Origin: Eledone cirrhosa
Lineage: Eukaryota
Reading direction: 5' to 3'
NCBI GenBank assembly: GCA_964016885.1
Contig: OZ024743.1
Location: 247,256,001 to 247,320,000 of the forward strand
Length of the DNA stretch: 64,000 nt
Shown: positions 38,801 through 53,496 of the stretch, one piece after another
Layout: each line of letters starts with the position of its first letter
Numbering within the stretch: the stretch's first letter is position 1
The notes under the pieces: model-generated
The model's database searches: none
What the model saw: the letters and a program-made list of their open reading frames with translations, nothing else
Told to the model about the DNA's origin: nothing
Translations under genes and position numbers: made by a program

Positions 38801-39438
38801 AATGCCACGAGGCATTTTATCTGATACTCTCATGACTGATAATTTGCCATCTAAAAGTTGAGCTTATAGGTTCCATCAAGACATAACATGTATTAACCTT
38901 AACATATGGTTGTTCTAACTCATCTGGTCTCAGACCATTAAAACTTGTCCAACCCATGCCAGCATGGAAGGCAGATGTAAAATGATGATAATAATGATGA
39001 GAAAAATTCCTATTACCAACAAATCCTCTTGGTATTTCTAAAAATTCTATTCACCTAAAATTGTTGAAGATATGATGACAGTACCAGCAAAAACTTTGTC
39101 AGAGTACTCAGAGATCACATAGATCATCATCATTTTACATAACTTTCTATGCAAGAATGGGTTGGATAGATTATTACACTCCAAGTCAGTTCTTATGCAG
39201 AATTACTGCTCTCCTAGACAGGTTAGAGGACTATGTTTTATTCATATGTTACAATTTTGCTCAGATGCTCTTCCTAACACCAAACACTTATTACAGTGTA
39301 CTAAGTGCATTTTACCAGGATACCAATACTAGAGAGGTTGTCATATCCTCAACAAGACTAAAAGCCCTCTCTATGATGCCTTTGAGTGTCAACCAATGTA
39401 CAGGATGTAGTTTACAGAGATTGCCTTGTCCATTGCAA

Positions 39439-39517
39439 GGCTAAAGAGACCTCTACACTGTCTCCATTCTCCCAAGGCCAAAAGTGGCTAAAGAGACCTC
39501 TACACTGTCTCCATTCT
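39439..39517 (+). repeat. 32-bp direct repeat with period 47
   Basis: ggctaaagagacctctacactgtctccattct at 39439 and 39486. Confidence 0.85.
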
Positions 39518-41455
39518 TCCATGCCCAAAAGTGTATTTCAAGATGCAAGAGATTAAATAAGAGGACAGTATACATATGAGTGTGAAGGAAGAAAAAGTTA
39601 TAGGCTAGTAGGGGAAGATCAATGTTAGCTAGATGTTGATAAGAGGGAAATTGGCTAAACAGAAATGTCTTAATCAACTCTCATGTTAAATTTGTGCTAA
39701 TCAGATACTAAAGTGAAATAAGGACATAATGTGGAAGTTTATTTCTGTGACTGAGAAACAATCCAGACTATTATAAGTTACCTGTTAGTTTGCCAAACAA
39801 TTTAAGGCCATTTTTCTTTCACAAGCAGGAGTTAGCTTTGCAGGTCCTATATACTCATCATGGAGACCTTTTTGAGGTAATGTTTTATGGTTGAATATCC
39901 TTCTCGACATCAATCTTTTAAGTTGCTTCATACAATGTGCAGGGATATGGAATACCTATTCTAAACTGGATACACACAGTAATAAACCAAATACACAAAG
40001 AATGTGCAAGAGAACATAATAAAATTGATATAGATACACAGTAATAATATATGCTTTACCCAGATGTACAACATAATTGCTTAAAACAAGACTGAAATCA
40101 GTAGTCCAACATGTACTTCACATACACTGTGCCTTTACATGGTAATGATATTAATTACATTCTAGATTTCTTTATCTAATAAACATTTAAATGCAAAATT
40201 GTTTCACTTTTATTTTTTCGTTTATCAAAGCAATAATTACATTGGTATGCTACTAATTATAGAAGTCCAAAGATTAAGTTTACTATGAATTATTGCTAAA
40301 TAATTAAATAACTAAAATATATTGGTATAACAATTTAAATTATATACAAAATTTTATTCAGTATCAATGATAAAAATATTTACCATAGTTACAGAGGCTA
40401 GCCATTCATTCAATATATTTATGCACATGGGCATCATCTAAATACACCCTAACAACAGAGACATTACTTCCACAATAAAGACCTCTAAGTAACCCTTTTG
40501 CTACTGTATTTCTAATGAAAAACACTGCCTATAATTTTCAAATAAATTTGAAAATAATCAAGAATAGGGAATGATTTAATAATTGTTTCTTCTTTCGGCA
40601 CAAAGCCAGCAATTACCCAGTGCATTACTGGTACTTTTATCTTATCGACCCCGTAAGGATGAAAGGCAAAGTTAACCTCGACGGGATTTGAACTCAGAAT
40701 GGCAAGGGCCGTAACTCTTTGCATCGAAGCATGGCGTCCGACCCTCTACCGATACTGCCAATTCATTAACCCATTATTATTATTATGCATGTGTTTGGAG
40801 CTCAACTTAAATGTCCTGACATAAAATAGTGATCAATGGTTTTTTAGATAAATATAAGTACTTTAAAATAAACAGTTTAATATTGTTGTGCCAGAGGTTG
40901 TTTCAAGCGGTTTGGTTTAAACATCTGTGCATCATCCAGACACACCCAATACACATAACAAAAGAGACACCTAACTCCGACAACAAAGACCTTTAAATCA
41001 TTTTTGTATTGCCCAGTCATACCTTAGGTACCTAACAATAAAGATACATGACTTCCTAGACAAAGACCTTTAAAACAAGGTGTGACTTATGAGTATATAG
41101 AATCAATGATTTTATTTCTGAAATTAGGTAATTTATATTCACAACTATTTTGATAGATGTCTCAAATGACAAATTTTCCTAAATATATGGTTACACTTAA
41201 TCAACAGAGCAATCAACAAGTTTATACTTGTAGATAAACAAATGTATTTTTTATTTCCTTTCAAAGATACATTTACATTTAATTTGTAAACATGGTGGAA
41301 GTTGTCTGAGTACAAAATGTAATTGTTTTTCTCAAAATCATAAATAAGTCATTTACAACAAAACATTGAAAATTTAATTCATTTTCCTACTGAGTGTCAA
41401 CTCAATGTAAGCAAGTACAAATTTGTTTATCAATGAAAGAGGCTACAAATTTATG

Positions 41456-41544
41456 ATATGAGTTTTAAAAAGAAAAAATTGAGTAATATAAGGTGGAAAA
41501 TATGAGTTTTAAAAAGAAAAAATTGAGTAATATAAGGTGGAAAA
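41456..41544 (+). repeat. 44-bp tandem duplication
   Basis: atatgagttttaaaaagaaaaaattgagtaatataaggtggaaa occurs twice. Confidence 0.9.
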
Positions 41545-44500
41545 GATGTACCAGGTTCCATACTGTACTTAAAGCAAGTGAGGTTTGGCATCAGGAAAGG
41601 CAGCCAGCCATAGAATTTTACCTCAAAAAGTCTCATCCAACTAATACCAACATGGAAAAACAAACATAAAACTGGGAATGATGATGTTACTACACTGAAG
41701 TTTATATCCTCTGTTTTACCCCTTTGAGACCAAACCCCAAGAAACTGCCATGGCACTGTTTATCTTAAAGTGTTTATGTTTATAATAATTTTATGTAAGA
41801 ACCTGTTTCAAATCCTAGCTTAATAATGAGGAAGTTAATTATATGACAAAATCCCTTCAAATTCTTGATTATTTCCTGGGATAGCAATGAGTTTGAAGTT
41901 AACTCTTAGGAATACAATATTCCTAAGAATTAATCTCAGTAAATTCTCTTACCTCAGTCAATCCCAATTCTCAACAGAATGTTTAGTATGAGCAAAAGCA
42001 TTCTGTTTTTTTAACACATTAAAGTTAGTCTTTCCCCATGCCTGGAACACATCAGGCAGGTACTTATCCCAGTTTCACTGGCATTAAATGATAGAGTACA
42101 AGACAATGCCAGTCCATTGCAGAGTCAATCCTCAGCTACTGTTAGTACTCATTTTCAGCTGAGTAGACAAGAACAACATAAAATGAAGTATTTTAGTTTT
42201 TTAAAAAAATGCCTCACTTAATGCAAGAATCAAACAACATTACGATCCTAAGTCCTAACCACTAGGCTACATGCCTTCACTACAAATATGACATATACTA
42301 GACAACTGGACAGAACCACTATGCAAAGATGACCCATCTTTTTATCACAATAAATAATGCTGATATCAGAATGTGTAGTACTATCTAACCAAACGTTATG
42401 AATACATTTTTAGGTGTAGACATATCTGTGTAGTTAAGATGTCTGCTTCACAACCATGTGGTTTCAGGTCCTATCCCACAACATGACAACTTAGGCAAGT
42501 GTCTTCTACTATAGTCTCAAGAAGGTCAATCAATCCCTTATAAGTGAATTTAGGGAATGGAAACTGTAAGGAAGCCTGTCATATATATTATCATCATCAT
42601 TTAACATCCGTTTACCCTGAATATATAAACTGTCTGTTTTTACCTTGCAGCTGCTGTCAGCCACAAAAAATTACGTATTATGTAGGACTGAATTTAAGAA
42701 AGTAATCAAACTGCATTGGTGCGAGTTCAAATTACTATTGTGATCAAAATGTAATGTGCACTTTTATAAGCAATACACTACTTAATTACCAAAGATACAT
42801 ATGTATATATAAAAGTAAATAATAATAAATCAAATATTTTGTGAAATCATATTGTTCTCCTGTCACAAAAAAAGTGTTCTCTTATTTTATAAGCTACACA
42901 GCACCCTCAGGAGTGTATGCAGTCCCTGAGAGTGGGCGAAAAAGAATTTAATATTAAAAAAAGTTATATGAACATGACAGATACTAAGTGGTATTGATAA
43001 GATCATTATTGAAAGTTTGTACTGTTGCTATCACTTCAGTGTTATTCAGTTATCTTGAAGAAGTTCTTCAACTGATAAAGTCATTAAAGTGGTCTACTTA
43101 AGCTTGTGCTGAAGCTCATTTACTTTTTTTATGTTGTATATTTAGCATGGACTTACTTTTGTATTATATATTTCCCCCTTTTTTTTTTTATTTAGAAAAA
43201 TAATTAGGCTTAACCCCTCCGTTACTATATTTCTAATGAAAGATACTGCCTATGACTTTTAAATCATTTTGAAAATGATCAAGAATTTGGATGGATTTAG
43301 TAAAATAACTAACTTTCTTGGTATTAAGCTGGTGTTTGGAATATAACTTAAGGTTTTTAGATAAATAGAAACACTTCAGTTTTGTATCATAGAACAATAG
43401 CCAATTTCAGGTGGCTTTGTATGAAAAGGGTTAACCCTTTCTTTACAATATTTCTAATGAAAGATTCTGTCTATGATTTTCAAATCGTTTTGAAAATAGT
43501 TAGGATTTTAAATGATTTAGTAATATTACTAACTTTTTTATTTAAACTGGTGTTTGGAACATAATTTAAAAGAAGTTTTTACATATAATTTGGATAGGAG
43601 GCTTTTGGATAAATATAAACATTTAAAAACAGTTTTATATCATAAAACCAGAGGTAGTTTTAGGCAGTTTAGTATCAAAAGTTCTCTTTCAGCTCATGCT
43701 TTAAATCCACAATCAGAATCAAATGATTTGAATATGTTTATTATTATACTGGTTTCAGTGATAAGCCTTATGGTCGATCATATCAAGCCCACTTCTTATT
43801 GATCTCTTTATCAAACCATTAAGTTACGGGACATATTCTTACGGGACACATTCCTTCAGACTGTTGAAAGCTACTGTTAAAGTTTTAAGTCATCATTTTT
43901 TCCAGCATAGTTACGTCCCTTTACAGTCAGAGTTCAAATCCCGCCGAGGTTTACTTTGCCTTTCATCCTTACAAGGTCGATAAAATAAAGTACCAGTAAT
44001 GCACTGGGTAATTGCTGGCCTAATGCCTAAAGTAGAAACAATTATTAGTTTTACGTCCATTTTTCCACACAGACATAGGTTGGACAAAAGCCAGCTCTTA
44101 TCTTAGTTTCATTTGGTGTTAAGCGACTGAGAGTACAATCAATCCATCACATGGCTCACCTTCAGCTGCTGCTAGCACTCATTTTCAGTTGAGTGTACTG
44201 GAGCAATGTGGAATGAAATGCCTTGCTGAAGGACAAAATATATCATCCTGTCTAGGAATAAAACCTACAACCGGATCATGAATCCATCACTCTAATCTGT
44301 GCTGAGTAACTGATTCTGGAGAAGAGAGAGATGGAGAGGGAGAAATTGACTCCAGTTATGAACAGTATTTATTCATCCTGGAAAAATGAAAGGCAAAGTT
44401 GACTTTTGTGTGATTTGAACACAGAATGCAAATAACTAGAACAATTAGTTGCTGCCGATCAAACAAAGACAATATAGGATAGAGAGGACTCTTCAGTTTT

Positions 44501-47228
44501 GCCAAGAACATAATCTTTCTATTGTTGGTGCTTTGATAAAATGCACCATTTACACTATGTGAATTAGTTGGCATTAGGAAGGGCCTCCAACCATAGAAAC
44601 GATGTCAAAATATGAAATGTATGACTGTGACAACCCTTCCAGCCCATGCCAGAAAGACAGTCATAAAATGATGGTAATAATGAATTACTGCAAAGCATAT
44701 TTGACACCCTAACCATCCTAACAATCAACCACCATTTCCTATCCAATAATACAATGTATCTTAATGTTATCCTTGCTTTATGACTGTTTGTCCAACCCTC
44801 ATTACTTAACTTGTCAATAATTCCTCCTTTCTAACTCATCAATCTAGTCCTTATAGCAACTGACAATAATGGTTTCTGAACTGACAATAATGCAAATACA
44901 CCAGTTATGAGGATTGCCAATGCTCTGAATAATCCTTCAATTATTACAAAACACTCACAAGTGTCTTCAACATTATTGCAATTGTTAAGTATATTTTTTT
45001 CCATAAAAATGGAAAAAGGCAGCCAATTAATAGAGTTGTTATGGCATGGATTACATGCTTCTATTTGTTCTGGCTCACTGTGCTCTAAGTTCAAATCCCA
45101 CCATCGCCACTTCATATTTTATCCTTTAGGAGTCAATAAATAAGGTACCAGTTCAGGGGCAGTGGACTAGCGCAGTTGTTTAAAAATAATACAGGATGCT
45201 TTGTGGTGTCCTATCAGGCTCTGAGTGTTAAGTTCAAATCCTCATGCCCACACTCAGGAGTTATGACTGGCAGATAATTTCTGCAATAGAAACACCAATG
45301 AAAACAATGTTTCTTTGATCTGATCAGAAAAGTGGCTTCTTTCAATTTTTTCTCATGCCATCCTACGTTCCAACAACCTGGAGCAAGTAAATGTTTCATG
45401 TCTCATAACTGTAAATCTAAAAAATGTTGTAATATGCTTTACCTTTTTCCTGAATCCATCATTACAATTGCTTAAAGTATATTTTATCCCAAGCTTTCTT
45501 CTTTTACTATTGTTCTTATATTAACTCTTTGAGTGCCCAAAATGCACTGAAGCTCAAGTCCAGCTAAAGTAAATGAAGCATATTTTTATTTCATTTCTAA
45601 AATTTTTTTTAATTCAAAAATTAACACGCAATCCTGGCCTGAAAGATTAAAAAAACACTTTCACTGGCACTCAAAGAGTTAATATTCCACCACTATGTTT
45701 TCCTGTATCTATCTGAGATTTCGCTCCAACCACATATAAACCTGATCTCTGAGCAAGCAACAGATAGTGACTTAAGATAAATCAGCTGTTACATATCTCT
45801 GTTACATATCTCTGTATACATGAAAGTAGGTCTTCACAAAAGTTGTTTTCTATAACTTCCTATAACTCTTCTTTATTACTGTTAACATAGAAAGAAACTC
45901 AGTAACAACAAAATATATATTTATAATGAACAAATTCTTTACATAAGACTAAGTAGACTTCACTATTAACAAACGAAAATTTGTTGAGAAATTATAAGTT
46001 TGGCTTAACCATTATTATACCAAAGTGCCTGAAACCAGCCCCCAATCTATAACACAAAATTGTTTATTTTAAAATCATGTATATCTAAAAACTTTCCATC
46101 GTGATTTTATCTAAGAACATTTAAGTTTATGCCCTAAACACCAGCTTAATGAGAAAGTTAGTAATATTACTAAATCATTCCAAATTATTTTCAAAATTAT
46201 TTGAAAATCAAAGGCATCTTTTTTCATTAAAAATATCTAGCAATGAAAAGGTTAATACAACACCGGGTTTATAAAAAGACATTTAATTAAATTCCTTTTT
46301 TTCTTTTTGCTTTGTTTTGTTTTTTTGTTGCTGTGGTTTGGGGCTTGGTTTTTTTGTTTTTTTTTAGAGGATAAATAAATCATTTGAATGATAAAAGACC
46401 AAAAATCTAACATCCTTCTTATTTCTACTTTTAGTTATATCAACATGCTTAGTAGTAGATAAGCTATCTGAAAATTTAACAGTATGAGTTTAAAATTTCT
46501 CATGATGAAAATAATATTTCTCCCATGTCACCTAATAACACCAATTAAATTAAAACATATTGAATGTTACTGAATCTGTCCTTATGGCTGGCTGTCACTG
46601 ATAATATAATTTTAGCATCCAGGACAATAAGGATTTGTTTGGAGGAATATTTAGCTACTGAACAGAAAGGTCAGGAATTTACAAATATTCTTTATTGACT
46701 GTATGTGTTGGTTATATTATTAATGAAATTAGTATTAACAACATTGTGTATGAACCCATAACTTCTGATGGAGTCATAGAGACACTATCATGACAAATGG
46801 CATGTCTTGGGCATTTTAAACCTAGCGGAGTCCATCTCCTCTCCAGATCTGAACACAGTCAGTTTCTTCGAGAGACGAAGAGAGAGGGAGAAAGAGATAC
46901 AGAGGACTAGTACCTCTAAAGGATGAAAAGCAAAGTTAAGCTCAGCAGGATTTGAACTCGGAGAGCACAAACAGTTGGAATAAATATTGCAAAGTATTGA
47001 ATCCAGCATTCTAATGGCTGCCAATTGATTGCCTTTCATTGACAACATTACTGTAGTTGTTAAAGGTGCTTTCGAGAGAAAGGTGTATAAGTGCTCAACT
47101 ATATGCATTTCAGTATCTATTTCTGTATTTCCTGGTCCTAATTTCATTATAATCAACTTAACCGAGAAAAACCTGGGTTGTGGTGGTTGTAACTGATCGC
47201 AAAATGCTAAACCTCACAGAGAAGATAA

Positions 47229-47361
47229 TTGTTTCTACTTTTGGCACAAGGCCAGCAATTACCCAGTACATTACTGGTACTTTATTTTATCGACCTCTGT
47301 ATGGCTGAAAGGCAAAGTTAACCTCGGCGGGATTTGAACTCAGATACTGCCAATTCACCGC
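47229..47361 (-). mobile_element. tRNA-derived SINE of the same family, with 17-bp TSD
   Basis: B box gagttcaaatcc on the minus strand. TSD cctcacagagaagataa at 47212-47228 and 47362-47378. Other copies at about 40575-40770 (-), 43925-44047 (+), 17400-17725 (-), 31755-31905 (+), 36840-36960 (-) and 38600-38850 (-). Confidence 0.85.
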
Positions 47362-47486
47362 CCTCACAGAGAAGATAACGAAGAAACGTTACCAGTGGAA
47401 GGAGGGTGAGGCTGTCCTGGAAAGGACCTCTCCCACCTATGCAAGCATGGAGAAGCAGATATAAAATGATATATATATATATGCCG

Positions 47487-49318
47487 GTGTACTTAGTGTC
47501 ATGAATGATCAGAAAAAGGAGGCCTGGAAATGTCATTATGAGAGACTGATGAATGTGGAGAACGAATGGGAGAGAGAGAAATTACCCTTAGTAGATCCGA
47601 CAGAGGGACCAGCTATTGAGATTGACGAATATAGGGTCCAAGAGGCGATTAGAGAAATGAAAAATGATAAGGCTGCTAGATCATCGGGAATAGTTGCTGA
47701 GATGCTGAAGGCATCAGGGGATGTAGGCACTAAACTGGTTGCACGCATCATCAATCAGGCTATATATGGTGGTGTCATACCCAAAGACTGGTGCAGTAGT
47801 ATTCTCATAATTGCTACAAAGGTAAAGGGGATGCTCTGGAGAGGAGCAATTATAGGAGTATAAAACTGATAGACCAGGTTATGAAAGTGGCAGAAAGGAT
47901 ATTAGCACAACTAATTAGAGAAAGGGTCAAACTAGATGAGATGCAGTTTGGTTTTGTGCCTGGGAAGAGTACAACAGATGCCCTCTTCTTGGTGAGACAA
48001 TTGCAAGAGAGGTTCTTAGAGAAAAATAAGCCACTATACTTAGCCTTTGTTGACCTAGAGAAGGCCTTTGATAGGGTACCCCGATCTGTCATCTGGTGGT
48101 CCCTAAGGAAGCTAGGTGTTGAGGAATGGCTTGTGAGGACAGTGCAAACTTTGTACAGAGGTACTCTCAGTAAAGTCAGGGTAGGAATGGAGTTTAGTGA
48201 GGAATTCAGGATACAAGTAGGAGTACATCAGGGTTCAGTCCACAGCCCGCTCTTGTTCATTATAGTCCTCCAAGCCATAACAGAGGAGTTTAAGACTGGC
48301 TGTCCATGGGAACTTCTCTATGCTGACGATCTGGTTCTTATAGCAGAATCAGTAGAGGAGCTAGAGAATAAATTCTGGCTATGGAAACAGCAGTTGGAAG
48401 CAAGAGGACTGAGAGTGAACCTAGCTAAGACAAAAGTGTTGATGAGTAGAAAAAAGGACAAAACCATGATTCCATCAGGGAAATGGCCATGTTCGATATG
48501 CAGAAAAGGAACTGGCATAAATTCTATAAAATGCACACAATGCAGATCCTGGGTACACAAGAGATGTAGCGGGATAGCAGGCAAACTAACAGGTAGGGAA
48601 AATATGTATGCAGTAGATGTACAGGGAAATTAGACAGTAGAAGTCGCATTGATAGACACATTTTTCAAATGCAGGAGGGCGCTATAGAAGTGGATAGCTT
48701 CCGGTACGGTACCTAGGAGATCAGATTAGCATGGGAGGAGGGTGTTCCGAGGCCATAGTATCTAGAATAAAGACGGGTTGGAAGAAGTTTAGGGAGCTGC
48801 TTTCTCTGTTGACGAAGAAGGGTTTCTCCCTGCGTACGAAAGGCCGGTTGTATGATGCCTGTGTGAGGAGCGCAACGCTGCATGGTAGTGAGACATGGGC
48901 AGCAACTGCAGAGGATATGCGACGGCTGGAGAGAAATGAGGCAAGCATGCTCCGTTGGTTGTGCAGTGTAAATGTGCGTGAACGACCCAGCATAAATGTG
49001 TTGAGAGAGAAACTGTGTCTGAGAGGGATAGAATGTAGTGTACGGGAGAGGAGACTGAGGTGGTATGGACATGTGATGCGCATGGAGGATGACCGATGGG
49101 TAAAGAAGTGCCAGGAAATGCCAGTTGAAGGAAGACGTGGTAGAGGTAGACCACGAAAAACATGGGCGGAGGTGGTGAGAACGGACCTCAGATCATTGAA
49201 GCTCACAGTGGAGATGACGAAGGACCGTGACGAGTGGAGAGATGCTGTGCTGAATAAGACCCGTCCCACCCTTGCAAGCAGGGAAAAGCGAACGTAAAAT
49301 GATGATGATGATGATGAT
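47487..49318 (+). mobile_element. 5'-truncated RTE LINE (subfamily whose ORF runs into the 3' tail)
   Basis: ORFs 47501-47863, 47881-48633 and 48731-49297 are frameshifted pieces of one RT ORF ending KTRPTLASREKRT*, followed immediately by (GAT)n. Confidence 0.95.
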
Positions 49319-50464
49319 ATTGGCAAGCTGACAAACCTAGTTTTTGACATTATTTGCTGTGGCCACACTTAGAAAATTATGACACCACTGTGTAGCAAAG
49401 ATGTTTAGCAATTTATTGATAACAGGAAATTTTTATATTTATAATTATTATAAATTTAATTTAATTTATACAAATATTTATAAAACTCTGATCCTCTAAG
49501 GTTCAGTCATGTGCCTTAGGCAGCTGCCTAATTGGTAGGCCTAATGGTATTGCTAGCCCAGCTCATAACCTTCAGTTATCAGGCATATTTAACAGTAAAT
49601 ATAACTGTGTCATTGTTAAAACTATGTGTATGTATGTCTATGTTCTTCCTGTTCTGTAGAAAACTGTTAATAGAGATAACATTTTTATTTGCCAGTCTTT
49701 TTTTTTTAAATGCCATTCCCATTGATAGTTATTCTATTAAGATTATAAAACCATAGTTAAAATAACTGTAAATGGGAGTGGTTAAAACATATCTTATAGA
49801 ACACAGCAATTCACAATGAACCGTTAACCCTTCTAATGAAAAACACTGCCCATCGTTTTCAAATCATTTTGAAAATAATAAAAACTTTGCAAGGATTTAG
49901 TAATATAACTTTCTTGTTATTAAGTGAGTATTTGAATCATTAACTTTTTTACAAAAACTATGATGGAAGGTTTTAATTTAAATATAAACACTTTAAAACA
50001 AACACCTTTGTCTCATAGAAACCAGGGTAGTTTCATACAGTTTAGTGTCAAAACGGTTAACGTTCCTAATACCAAACTAACTAAAATCAACTCTGGTTCT
50101 GATACATTTTTCCCCTATATAATTCCACACATTTGCAGGAGCTAACCAGTGGACCGAAGAAATATGCAATAAATCATCTTGCACAACCCAGTCCAGGAAT
50201 TGAAACCCCAAAATATGATCAAGATTCCAGCAACCTAACCACGAGGCCACACACTTTCACTTAGATGCCCTACAAATATTCGTGAACACTGCTCTTAAGG
50301 GACGAAAATAAAAAGAAACTAATATAGTCATGAAATTGGTGCATGTGAACAGTTAGCATGAAACAGCTGTATATAGAAATCATAACATATGGCTTACCTC
50401 TAAGTATTAAATAATTTTTTAAGTAAATTTAAATATTTCTCAGGGTTTTATTTTCTAAGGATAT

Positions 50465-51330
50465 GGCAGACTAGAGAGGAACGAAGCTTGCATGCTCCGC
50501 TGGATGTGCAATAGTAATATACGTGAACGGCAAAGCATAAACGAACTAAGGAAAAAATTAGAAATAAGAGGGATCAGATGTTGTTTACTCGAGAGAAGGC
50601 TACGTTGGTACGGTCACGTGATGCGCATGAAAGACGACAGCTGTATAACAAAGTGCAGGGCAATAAAGATAGACGGTAGCCACGGAGTAGGCAGACCCAG
50701 AAAAACATGGGACGAGCTGATAATTTCCGACCTCACACGCTTACACCTCTCCAAGACAATGTCACTGGACCGAGACCTTTGGCGGTACTCAGTAATAGAG
50801 AAGACCCGCCTTACCTAAATACAAAGTAAAAACCTACTACAGTCAGTAGGCACCTCTATCAAAACACACCCCCGTCCCACCACCTCCACCTCCACCCCAC
50901 CCACACCGCCCCTTTCAATGTAAAGTTATGTTGGCCCCACAACATCCAGGCCGAAACAAATGAGATCGTGTAGGTGTCACGACAAAAAACACACAGTCCA
51001 CGCTGTAAATGTGGCCGTGTAGGCAACACGGTAAAAACCTCCCAGCCCCACACTGTAAATGTGGTTGGTGTTAGGAAGGGCATCCAGCTGTAGAAAACCC
51101 GCCAGACAGTCCACGCTGTAATGTGGCCGTGTAGGCAACACGGTAAAAACCTCCCAGCCCCACACTGTAAATGTGGTTGGTGTTAGGAAGGGCATCCAAC
51201 TGTAGAAAACCCGCCAGACAGTCCTATGCGAGCAAGACAACCACTCTTGCCTCAAGTGGGAAAACCCCCGTCCAAACCCATGCAAGCGTGGAACACGGAC
51301 GCTAAACCTGATGATGATGATGATGATGAA
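50465..51330 (+). mobile_element. RTE 3' fragment with long 3' UTR
   Basis: ORF 50492-50818 (MLRWMC...GRPRKTW...KTRLT). Highly similar to the reverse complement of 28378-28990. (GAT)n tail. Confidence 0.93.
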
Positions 51331-53344
51331 GACAGAATGACAACCAATGGAGACTTAGTGATAAACTAATCATTTAACACAATCTGTTATAAAAGATTAG
51401 AATCTATTGTCAGAACAGATTTCAATAGTTTATCAATGGTGTCATGGAAACAGTGTATACTGTCTGCTGAGACAAAACTTTCAGCTTTACTGACTATGTT
51501 AATAGTCCTTTAAAATAAAACTAGTCAGCAGCTTAGTAGAAAGTGGCAGAGTTAGTGTAACAATCTCACGGCAAAACATGTCACTACGAATCTTCAAACA
51601 TTCTGCGAGATATCTATATTCTCTATTTAGGATTTTCACCTATCTTCCTGCATGAATCTAATAATTTTTTTTTTTAACTGTTTAGTCCAGGAAGGAATAA
51701 CAGTACCTAAGACTCTTTTTCAAGACCAAACCTGGTCCAATCTTTGCAACTGAATAAACTCCACTAACAACACCCACAGACAAACAGTGGTGTTAAACCA
51801 GACAACGGATTAAGTCTACCACCCAAATAGGCCAAATACTGCAGGGAATCTTGTCCAACCCTCTAGAAATTCCACCAATCCATCAACATAGACTGGTACT
51901 GTATTTTATTGACTGAAAAGGATGAAAAGCCAAGTTGACCATTGTGGAATTTGAAATCAGTGTGTGAAAAGCTAGAAGAAATACACCAACAACTCTGCCA
52001 ATTTGCTTTAATAGCATTTAACAAAAAACTACAAACTTTTCTTATGTTAGGTGCAAGAGAATAAGAGGAAAATAGAAAATGCAACTCTAATAAACAGCTC
52101 CTAAGCTATAAAAAAAAACCCATCCACTACACATGCATCAGGAGGAAACAATATAACAAAGGAGTAAAAATAAATACTTATTTTATGTTAAATTATCATG
52201 CTTACATGGGTTTGCCAGGTTATCACAGACCAGGAGAGGGCACTATGTTTTGCTCAATACATTCCATTTTTGGCATGGTTTCAAAATGTTTTTGAAGAAT
52301 ATCTATGGTCACTTTCAGAAAACATCATTTGATTGAAGATACTTGGAGAAGTATGGTCTAACTAAATCTTTACTCTTTCTCTAACTTATCCATAACAATG
52401 GCATCTAGTCCTTTTAACCCTGTTGATATTAACTGTCTGAAACTGTCTCTGGTTTTATGATACGTAGCTGTTTATGTTGAATATTTATCTAAAACCCTTC
52501 TATTACAATTTTATGTACTCTGAAGTCCCAAATAATGGAGGGGGGGGGGGGGGGGCAGAAGGTTTGGAATAAGAGGGAGAGTAGGAATAAGTGGGGGTAA
52601 TTTTTCTAGGTTGTTGCCATTTATTTTTTAAAAAACTAGAATTAGTCGTTTAGTTTATGTGTTGAAACGCCAACCCATCGTATTTATTTCATAATGTATG
52701 GCACTTCTAGTAATGTTCTTTTTTTGTTATGTACAATGTTTTTTTAATCTATAAAGAAAATAAATTGTTGCAGGATTGCTACTACTTAAAATAAAATTTT
52801 GCTAGAGATAGATCAGCAAAATTTAATATGGCCATAAAAGGGTTAAATTGACCTAATAGTAAATCTATAGCAGAAGGTATTCAAAGAATGAAAGTTTTAT
52901 CACTGTACATAAATTCAATTTTTAAAAATCATGGAGGGAGACTGTCTGTAGTGACACTTATTTTTTTAATGAATGATACAACTTAAACTTTTTTTTCTAA
53001 AAGTTTGCTTTTTATTATTAAATAGGTTTTAGGATTCATACAATACCATACCATATCATATCATATCATATCATATATCAATATTCTCTCTAATATGAAT
53101 TGAATGAGGACATAGACATTTTTATAGATCAATACCAATCCCATTATCAATCATTCAACTATAAAGTGGGTGTGGTATATATATATATATATATATATAT
53201 TTAGGGATCATAACACCCAGTTACTGTAGGTTCACCAGAGTGAGCGGTCAATGCATAGTTTCCAGTAAGTCTAGAGGTGTAGTACTAAGCAGAGTGTAAT
53301 AATAATAAAAAGGCTGATTTGCTAGGACTTCATTACGTTTATTG

Positions 53345-53435
53345 AGTAGTGACACGCGCTTCGCTATTGATCAGCTCAAGGTTCGATCTGTATCGATCTG
53401 GCCCGATTCTGGAATCAAAAGCTCGTCAGACTTCT
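53345..53435 (-). ncRNA. Type I hammerhead-like motif with enlarged stem II and GAAA to GAAG change (Penelope pLTR-like)
   Basis: Minus strand: agaagt CTGACGA gct-t-ttgat...atcaa-t-agc GAAG c-gcgt-g TC actact, then aataaa. Confidence 0.6.
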
Positions 53436-53496
53436 GTTAGAGAGAGAGAGAGAGAGATGTAGGCTACTGAGGCATAGAAAATAACTGCAATTAGTC

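Noticed and set aside
39439-39517. CRISPR-like repeat-spacer pattern
   Set aside because: Only two copies, in eukaryotic intron context with no cas genes; a simple local duplication.
41953-42002. AG...GTAAGA-bounded minus-strand segment as LPCAT exon 1
   Set aside because: Poor polypyrimidine tract, stops in the frames examined, and no similarity to LPCAT.
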